Shown piece by piece: positions 55,070-64,000 of a DNA stretch of 64,000 nucleotides; position 1 is the stretch's first letter, and every line of letters begins with the position of its first letter. Origin of the DNA: Trichoplax adhaerens (Eukaryota; Animalia; Placozoa); the NCBI RefSeq assembly GCF_000150275.1, contig NW_002060946.1:6925855-6989854 (forward strand), given 5' to 3'. A program made the position numbers and the translations under genes. Below the pieces are notes generated by a model, which was given only the letters and a program-made list of their open reading frames with translations, searched no databases and had not been told where the DNA came from.

Positions 55070-57030
55070 TAGAGATTATCATGGAATAAACTGTGATCCT
55101 ATGAAGAAATGGAATTTGAGGCTCTAGCTGGCACGTGTAGAATTCACTACTTTAAAGCATGAGCTAAACCTTTACTTTGAACGGACCTACTACAGAACAT
55201 GAACATTAAAATGGCTTTAACACTACATCGATGGTTAGGGGTGATCATGGAATAAAAGGTAGTAAGCTACCGCGATCACATAGAGAAATGGAGATACAGA
55301 AGGGTAGAGCGATTAGATCCACATGGCTATGTTTATAGGTACATCACCTTGGAAGGCTAGAGAAAGATAATAGTGATCGATCAACAAGGCTCTAGCTGGG
55401 ATGTGTAAAATTCACTACCTTAGAGCATGACCTAGCTGAGCTTAGTCTATACTTTAAACAGCTTGTTACTGTTCAGTATATTTGACGTATTGTATGAGAA
55501 CCAATTCATCCACGGATGCGGAAAATTCTCCAGGTACTCCGACTAATGTACTAATTAGATTACTTCTACACAAATAATCAATACCTGACCGATATCTGTT
55601 AGTCCTGGGTTACTCTTTATTTGAGACCAAGTAATGATCCAAAACGACGTTGAATATTATTTGACCTTAAGGTCTAACTGAGACAATATAGATCACGATG
55701 GTTCTCACCACCGAATGCAACTAAAATCAAACGGCGCACACGATGGTGCTTAGATTTCTCAAACAATTATAATTACTTATGATTGACGATAACTGACAAC
55801 TACCAACTGCAACTCTGATGAGTTGATTGACTATGAAGAAATAAAGCAAGAGAAGGATAATGATGATTGACGGACGAGCTCTGTCTAGGACATGTAGAAT
55901 ATTCACCACTTTACATCATGAGCTAGCTAAAGCTAAGCCTATACTTTGATTATTTCTACAGTAGAATATTGACATCGAAACAATTATTCGATTGATTGGA
56001 TCCATGTGGCTATATTTATTAATATATCGCCTTGGCAAGCTTAAGAAAGATAATGGTAATTGATGAGGCTCTATCTTGGATGCGTAGAATATTCACAGCT
56101 TTAGTTCATGACCTAGCTAACGCTAAGCCCGCACTTTGAACAGGTCTACAGTAGAATAGCCATATCGAAGTAATCATACGATCGCTAGGTATGATCGTAG
56201 ACTGTCATATGCTACTGTGATCATACAGAGAAATAAACCCTTGAGAAAATAATGATGAATGACAGACAAGGCTCTGTCTGGGACGTGTAGAATTCACTAC
56301 TTTAGATTATGAGCTAGATGAGCTAAGCCCACCTTTTGAACAGTTCTACACTAGAATGTTAATATCAAAGTAGTCATTCGTCTGCCAGGGATTATCATGG
56401 AATAAAACTGTAGCATGCTACTGCGATTATGCTGGAGAAATGGAGACACAGTACGATAGAACGATTGGATCCACATTATATCACGTTAGAAAGCTAGAAA
56501 AAGACAGCGGTAATTGATCAACGAAGCTCTGTCTGCAACATGTGGAATGGTCGCTGCTTTAGATGATGAGCTAGCTAAGCTAAGCCTACACTTTGAAAAT
56601 GTCTAAAGTAGATTACTAACATTTAAGCAGTCATGCAATCGACAAGGATTGTCATGGAATAAACTGTACTGTGTTAATATGATCAAGACGTAATAAAAAG
56701 CTGTATGGATCATATAGAACGGAGATACAGTACGCTAAAACCATGAACTATTACTGTACGTAGATATATCGAGCATATAGTAGTCTATGGGTAAGAGTAT
56801 TGGATCCACTTGGCTACATCTATGCTTAGTACTGTATGTCGTCTTGGAAAGCTAGAGAAAGATGAGCTAGCTGCGCTAAGCTTGGTTGATTTTGAACAGG
56901 TAGGTGTACAGTAGAATATTGATATCGAAGCAATTATACGATGGCAGAACAATTGTAGTATTCTAAGATGAGCTAGCTGAGCTAAGCCTGGTAATCTTTG
57001 AGCAGGTGTAAGCGTACAGTAGAATGTTAG
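55070..57030. repeat. Degenerate modular tandem repeat, ~8 copies
   Basis: GGCTCT.TCT.GGA..TGTAGAATTCACTAC.TTA...ATGAGCTAGCTAAGCTAAGCC..ACTTTGAACA...CTACAGTAGAAT recurs with variable optional modules. Confidence 0.8.
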
Positions 57031-60000
57031 CATACGAATGATTTTTGTTTTCTTAAGTGGTGCAAAGTAGTTTTCTAAAATAGATCTTAAGAGTGATTAG
57101 TTAATAAATATTTAGTTCTAAGTACCACTGAGGGCTCTGCGAAGCCTATAAATGATAGTGTAATCGTGAAATTTAGAGTAGAGAGCAAAAGAAGATTCTT
57201 TCGAAGAACTTGCTAAATTTTGAAGGCCTTCGGGATCGAACTGTTGTAAGTTAAAGCGTTCTTCTTTTTGTTAGGTTGTTTGGTTGTTGACAGTTTTAGT
57301 TCTGTCGTTTTTTTATTTCTTTACTTATAGTACTTAGAATTAAGTATTTAGAAGGTTGTTTGATCAAACTCTCTCACATTTTCTTAATAAATTGTTGATC
57401 GGTTGTTTCCCCAATTTTATTTGATGTCAAAGTTTCGTTAAGTCGGCCAGAGTGCAAAGAAAGTAGAATCAAAGTTTGTTAGAAGTTTAGTAGCTTGATT
57501 CTACACTTTTCATTCCATTACAGTTATGTGCCAGTGATTACTGTAATATCTAGAATTTGTTTAATGCATATTCAGTGGTCAAATAAAGTTGTCGCATTGT
57601 TATTACAGTGATTTTAACTCTGCATTATTATCTAGTGTAAATAATGCAATTAATGCCTTGATTGATGCCGAAGGACTTTGATCGGATTCATTTATGTACA
57701 GTAATTAACTTCGGTAATTAGGGCCATCTATATAGCCATTTACGGTATGTTTTGTAGTATTGCAAATTTATTTCTATGCTGCGTACAGGAATAATTTTTA
57801 GTTATTATCTTGGATAGTCAACGAAGCCCCATTAAATGGATAGAGATAGCTGTGGCATGAATTGAAACGAATATTTACCGTAGCATAAAACAAGTCGTTT
57901 CTAAAATGTCTTCCCTATATTTCCAGATTAATCTTATATATCCGCACATTCAATGCTTAGATCAATATTAACAGAGTTACGTACTGGCAAGTTAGGTCTG
58001 TACGTGCATTTATCGCATTAATTAGTGTGTGCAAAAGCCACTATGAAAGTGCTAACTAGGTTGCAAGATAAATCTTTTTGACCTATAGTGGAATACTATG
58101 TGTGTATCAAGATCAATCTAATAATAGTATATGTACGCGACGCATCGCGAACGGGATTAATTTATCAGTTTTTAATAACGATGGAATACGACATGATATC
58201 TATTTCTTACCCCAACGATGATCTAGATTTAATGGAGAGCAGATGACTGTAATTTTGCTATCGGTAATAGATGTTTCAGAATTTAAAGAATTAGATATTC
58301 TAGACGTTTGTTTAGCATAAAATGTCGTGTATCTGTAGTTATAAAGAAGAGAAAGTACGTAATTTTTAATAGACATCCACATTACCAAGTAATATGAATA
58401 TTTGAATTTACTAATATGAGCATTAATTTTCAAATTTGAATTATTACACTTGTTTGATCTCTAAGTAAACCCATTTTAATAAATTACCATTAACTAATAT
58501 ACAGCAAAGTATGAAATACGTCGAAATAATATTATCGAAGAAAAGTTTATTTACTATAATTAACCATATTCTTCCTGAAAAGTTTCTTAATCAATAACTT
58601 AAAAAGTAAATTCCCATCCTATGCACCTTGCTAATTATCCATAGTGTTCTTTAATTTCAAGACATCCTAAGTGAATGAATATTGATGATTTATTGTGATC
58701 TCAATAACATTATTTATAGGTAAAGAACAGTAGATCGATGATTGACCTAGCTTTCCAGACAGTATTGCGAGGACCGTATATTAAATCAACCTATTGGATT
58801 ACGGATGGGTCATAATGACAAGTAATATCTATATTTTCGCTATCTGTCAAATTTCATTAGCGAAAAATTTCTGTTGTTAAGTTCAGTTAATAATCACTAC
58901 TTTTAGTTGATAATTATATTTCATGATCATATGTAAGATTTGTTGACTCATTTTCTAATACAAAGGTTACTATCAAAATATTGCCACAAATAGAATAATA
59001 TATGCACATAAACAGGTCATTTTATTCCATATTCATTAGTTCACTTTTGAGATATCATTTATAGCATCGAAATTTTACTTATGATAGCCTAAATGTCGAA
59101 TTAGGAATAGAGCTCATAGGCAACGAATCTCATTTATTGATATCCTATTAATCCTTCAAAATGTATCTGTGGCTATTGTACATAGGTTTTTCGACATGCC
59201 TTGATAATAAAATATTAAGTGTAGTTTGGCTAACTTTTGAAAGCTTGAATGTAGTTGATTAATGAGTTATAGGAATAGATCGATAAAAATGCCTGATAGC
59301 CTTGTCAGATAATCAAGCAAGCCAGGATATTAGAGATCCGATAAATATGCCTAATAAGCAATTTTTCAATTTCTAATTTGAACAAGCTAGTTAGTTTTGT
59401 TTATTTATGAGCTGTTTATTAAATATGATTGTGTTTCTAGTATTTCTCCTAATCGGTAACAAACTGAGAATAATATTAATATTGATACTATGATAGTACT
59501 TCAAGTGTCAAGACTGATAACACTGCAAGGAAGAAAAAATAATCTGCGGCAAGATTGAATATTAATCAGCATAGTATTGAGTGAATGATATTAAAATACA
59601 CAGGAACTATCGAAAATATGCAAGTAGCTGCCAGATATATCTTCCATCAAAACTCGTGACTATCAAACGATATGATTTCTAAATCACTTTGTCAGAATAA
59701 AAACTATTATATATTAACTAAATTGCTGTTGCCTACGCCTATTGACATATGGAAATAGTAAATAAACAAATAATTGATATTAATCAGATAATCCAATTAG
59801 TTGATCATTGTATGATTCTGCATTAGCATTGGCAATTTGTGTTGTTCTTGATTAGTTCAATGTCAAAACATTACCATCCTTTAATGTTATATCATCCAGG
59901 TACCTTGGAACAAAATGTGCTTTTATCTATTAAAAAATAAGATCAAAATATTGACTGCATGTAATTATTTAATTACAATTACCAATCAGCTAATCTTGTA

Positions 60001-60431
60001 CCATAGATCAAAATTGCTTGCAAATATTGAAAATATGCCGCACTTTTAGACAATAATTGACAAGCTAGATTGAAAAAGGGATAAACTCGAAAATAATGGG
60101 TAATGCAATAAATTCTGCAGTTGACCAGTTGAGTCATGATTGCCTATGTTACATTAGGTCATTTGCGTGATGGATAGTATGCCAATTTTACATGAGGTTA
60201 TAATTTAAAATTTAAATGAGGTAAAATACATTAGCGATCGCTATCCCTTGCACAATAGCTTATGTCAATAAAGTTAAGGATTAGAACTTAAGTTAATTAG
60301 CATCGACCAATCAAACAATGTTATTATCGGAAACTGTTTTCTGATGATGTTTATGTCCACGGCATGAATCGATAACGAGTATGATAAATGGTTGACGACC
60401 ATGAACACATTGATCTTCTGACCCTGAGCAA

Positions 60432-60503
60432 GAGGTATAAAAGCAATCGATTTTGCTTTTTATCTCATTAATCTCTTCTCTTGTTCCGTATCAGATCGGA
60501 GAG
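60432..60503 (+). promoter_or_regulatory. TATA box and non-coding first exon of the CUB-protease gene
   Basis: GGTATAAAAG at ~60434-60443, followed about 25-30 nt later by a TCATT Inr-like site and then a GAG|GTAAGT donor at 60503/60504. The next acceptor (GACAG, 60925) precedes the ATG. Confidence 0.7.
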
Positions 60504-60544
60504 GTAAGTTTTTCAAACTAGTTTATAAGGACTTTTTCCTTGCC

Positions 60545-60870
60545 TATTGAAAAAATATCAGCTGGAATTATTTTAATTATATCTTAAATAGTATACAGTC
60601 AGATTAGTATAGTTAATTTTAGCGTTAAATTAATCTAAGTTATTATAAATTACTTTATGAGGTTGAAAAATATCAGCTAGAGTTATTTTGATTCTATCTT
60701 ATACGGTGATAGTCAAACTGACAAGTTTAATTTTATCATTCAATCAATGTAAGCTATTACCAATTACTTAATGACATTGAAAAAATCAGGTAGAGCTATT
60801 TTAGTTCTATCTAATACGATGTATAGTCAAGTTAACATGGCTAATTCTATCTTTAAATTAAGCTGTTACA
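60545..60870. repeat. Tandem repeat, ~115-bp unit, 3 copies, in intron 1 of the protease gene
   Basis: TTGAAAAA(A)TATCAG.T.GA.TTATTTT..TT.TATCT at ~60548, 60663, 60777. Confidence 0.75.
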
Positions 60871-60931
60871 AATGGCTGTAATTTTATACTAAATAAATTA
60901 TTTATTTTTTAAATCTGATCGACAGTTAACT

Positions 60932-63900
60932 ATGAAGACTGCCATCGTTTTATTGTCTATTTTCGCCTTGGCTACCGCCAAGGTAAGTAAAAGTAACTTG
61001 CAACGCGTTATTCGATGCATTGATAAGTAATCAAGAAACGAATTTACTAATTGATGATTAGATAACTAATTCTTTTTGTCGCCTAATGTATCATTAGTTA
61101 AGTGCGAAATAGCGTTAATGACAGCAATTAAACAAATTGATACTATAGAAGATAGTGATACTAATTGGTTTATGTTTGAAATCTTTCTTTTAATTAATTC
61201 CTTTTGACCGCCTCATTAACATAAATTAATATCATCATTGTCCTACTCGTCAACGTTATTATGACGATCTTGACCAACATTCCAATGTCACAGTAGTATT
61301 TTGAAAGAACATCTTCATTTAGTAGGGCTTAACTGTCACGCATTCATTTTATCATTCTATCTTCTGAGTTTGTTATTCTTTGCAGTTAATCTGATCTAAT
61401 GATCAACGATAGTATTATTACAGTATGTGCAAATCAAGATTTAAAAAGATAAGTCTGTATTTCGATATTTTTCTTGTCTAAAGACTTCTTAGTTTCATTA
61501 TTTGATATTCAAGTACAAGCTAACTTTAATTAACCATCGAAATAATATGATCTTCATAGGCAGTCAGTGAGTTACTTATATTCTCGTTATCTCCTGACTG
61601 AAATTAATTTTCACCCATAATTTATTCATAGCATCGTTGTAATTATATATTGCTAATGATGCAATTTTACACTACTAATACATATAGTGAAAAGCAATCT
61701 ATTGAAGAGGGTGCATTAAGAGAGAAATATTGCGTTGCTATCGACTAGATAGTTGCCATGATTAAACTATGCACTTAGTGACAATATCGTTTGTTTTTGG
61801 TATTTATTTTGGATTGAAGAATTTAATATTAATGATATTTTGTATAACAGTAAAAATGGAATCATGTGATTAATGACTGATATACTGCTCAAACTAGAGG
61901 CATGATTTAAAATAGTAATCCATAAGTAGAAAACTATCCGCCTGATTATTGTGAATCAATTCAATGATATATTAACTATGCAGTATTTCAATGATGACTC
62001 ATGATGATTGTAGTCATGGATGCTGTCGATATTCTGCACTTTATTTTAATTCTAGACTAGCACGTTGATTACTATCGTTATTGAATGTTAATTTATCCAT
62101 TCTTGAAATTTTTATCTCCATATTTGCCGACCTGCTCAAATCTTATTTCAATATGATTGGTGCCTGGCCTAATGGTTCATTTAGCCTGAACCCAGGAATG
62201 CTAGAGGTAAGTTATCTCTCATCCATTATTTTATTCTATGCCCTGCATAATTTATTTGAAAGGGAATAAATCTATTGAAAGCCATTACTACTGATCTTCA
62301 TTTTGATTTGATCATGATTGCGATCTGATAGAATAATAAGTTTTATTTTACCATTTTTAAAACTGATGATTACATTGTTTTTATTTCGTCTATTTCAAAT
62401 TGTACAGCTACTTGCGGTTCTACTTCCTACGCAAAGAGCGGCACCATCGAATCTCCCAGCTACCCAAGCAACTATCCTAGGAGAACTGACTGTACCTCTA
62501 CCGTTGTTGCTTCGAGTGATGAAGTTGTTACCGTTACCTTCAGCGAGTTTGATGTTGAATCTGCTACCAACTGCAAATATGATTACGTTTCTCTTTATGA
62601 TGGTAATACCCTTAGGCACACCTACTGCGGTAAAGGTAGCGTTCCTACCTTCACTACTTCCCCTGGTTCTAACTTCGTGTTAACTTTCCACACTGATGGA
62701 TCTGTACAGAAGAAGGGATTCGCTCTTAGCTTCACCGTTACTAGTAAGTTTAAATTATCCTATCATAGCGAGATGGATAGGGTATTAGCATACAACCAGT
62801 AGGATAAGTTGGAATTATCATTTTACTCATGTAAGATAGATAGTGTGATTATTATCGTAACGACGGCAGTTGTTTGTCATTGATATCGCTACGATGGCTT
62901 AACTTCATCGGAGATCGGCTTTATTTCATTTAGTTTGCTCATTCACTAATCTATCCTGCTAGAATAGCTTGATCTAAGAATCGATTTAACGTTAAGGCAA
63001 TTTTGGATAGCTACTAGTGTATCAACGTAACACTTGCCAATCTTGTTAATCTTGATTGGCTATCGGTAATCCAATCATAAGAACTCGTTATCGTTGTTCA
63101 TGAATGAAGATTGATTGGAGTCGATGAGTCTATCTTCAATGATCATGTTAATTTTTATTCAGGAATTGGATATTCAACTCATGTTAATTTATGCCTATAA
63201 TTGATTGATTCTTCTTTTACTCATGCCATAATTAGAAGTTGCTGCTCCTACTGGTAGCACTACTGGCACTGTCAGCACTGGTACTTATAACCCAGGCACC
63301 TGTGGTAAAACAGCATATAAACTATCCCTGACCGACCGTATCGTTGGTGGTGCAGAATGTAGCCCAAAACATGCCCTTCCATGGCAAGTATCTCTCCAAA
63401 CCAACACTGGCTTCCATTTCTGTGGTGGTTCCATCATCAGTGATAGATATGTTGTTACTGCTGCTCACTGCGTTGATGGACAAACTCCAACCTCCTGGAG
63501 AATTGTTCTTGGTGCTCACAACATCGGAAGCAATGAACCTAGCCAATTTGTTGCCACTGTCAAGAGAGCTAAAATGCATCCTAGCTACGACACCAGTACC
63601 CTCAGCAATGACATTGCTATCATAGAATTAAACGAAAAAATCACTTTCACTAATGAAATTTCCCCGGTCTGTGTATCCAAAACTAGAATTGCTGATAATG
63701 CAGACGTCATAGTCTCTGGCTGGGGTACTTTAACAGCTGGTGGCGCCTCGCCTGATACCTTGCAAAGAGTAATCGTTCCTACGATCTCTCGCTCTGAGTG
63801 TAGCTCTACAGTCTATGGCACAGGTTACATTGATAGCACCATGTTGTGCGCTGGTCTTATGTCTGGTGGCAAAGATTCCTGCCAAGGTGACAGTGGTGGC

Positions 63901-64000
63901 CCACTTGTTCACGATCGATCTGGTACCTACTACTTGGAAGGTGTTGTCAGCTGGGGCTATGGTTGCGCCGATCCTAACCGTCCAGGTGTTTATGCTCGTG
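60932..64000 (+). CDS. Secreted CUB-domain trypsin-like (S1A) serine protease, truncated by the window end
   Basis: Exons: 60932-60982 MKTAIVLLSIFALATAK (signal peptide); 62185-62206 PEPRNAR; 62408-62743 CUB (TCG...SGTIESPSYPSNYP...CKYDYVSLYDG...YCG...FHTDGSVQKKGF); 63236->64000 T/G-rich linker, TCG, activation site R|IVGG, TAAHC, DIA, GKDSCQGDSGGP (intact triad; Asp189 gives trypsin specificity), VSWGYGCA...PGVYAR. All splice phases are consistent. Confidence 0.95.

Noticed and set aside
62318-63912. ORF-track proteins 62318-62683, 62395-62619, 63322-63579, 63344-63625, 63730-63912
   Set aside because: Off-frame or antisense shadows of the CUB and trypsin exons.

Overview
AT-rich, intron-dense eukaryotic (animal) genomic DNA. 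Small introns, low GC and divergent orthologues suggest an early-branching metazoan such as a placozoan; this is an inference. Three spliced genes can be reconstructed by hand. (1) A Dixin/DIXDC1 orthologue on the - strand (CH domain, coiled coil, C-terminal DIX). Its supported exons span 14320-22591, and its probable first coding exon lies about 15 kb upstream at 37814-38086, next to a GC/CpG-rich, palindrome-dense putative promoter. (2) A compact Trithorax/KMT2A-B (MLL1/2)-type H3K4 methyltransferase on the - strand (PHD1-3, bromo-like, ePHD, FYRN, FYRC, Win, SET, post-SET) at 43211 to at least ~51870. (3) A secreted CUB-trypsin serine protease on the + strand, from 60932 to past the window end. 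Intergenic and intronic DNA carries many unrelated local tandem arrays, including a young ~16-copy 92-bp array and an A/B higher-order ~205-bp array. The first ~14 kb has no gene I can support. There is one assembly gap (18652-18815). I found no tRNA, rRNA, CRISPR array or intact transposon. Most entries in the ORF track are spurious or partial exons.
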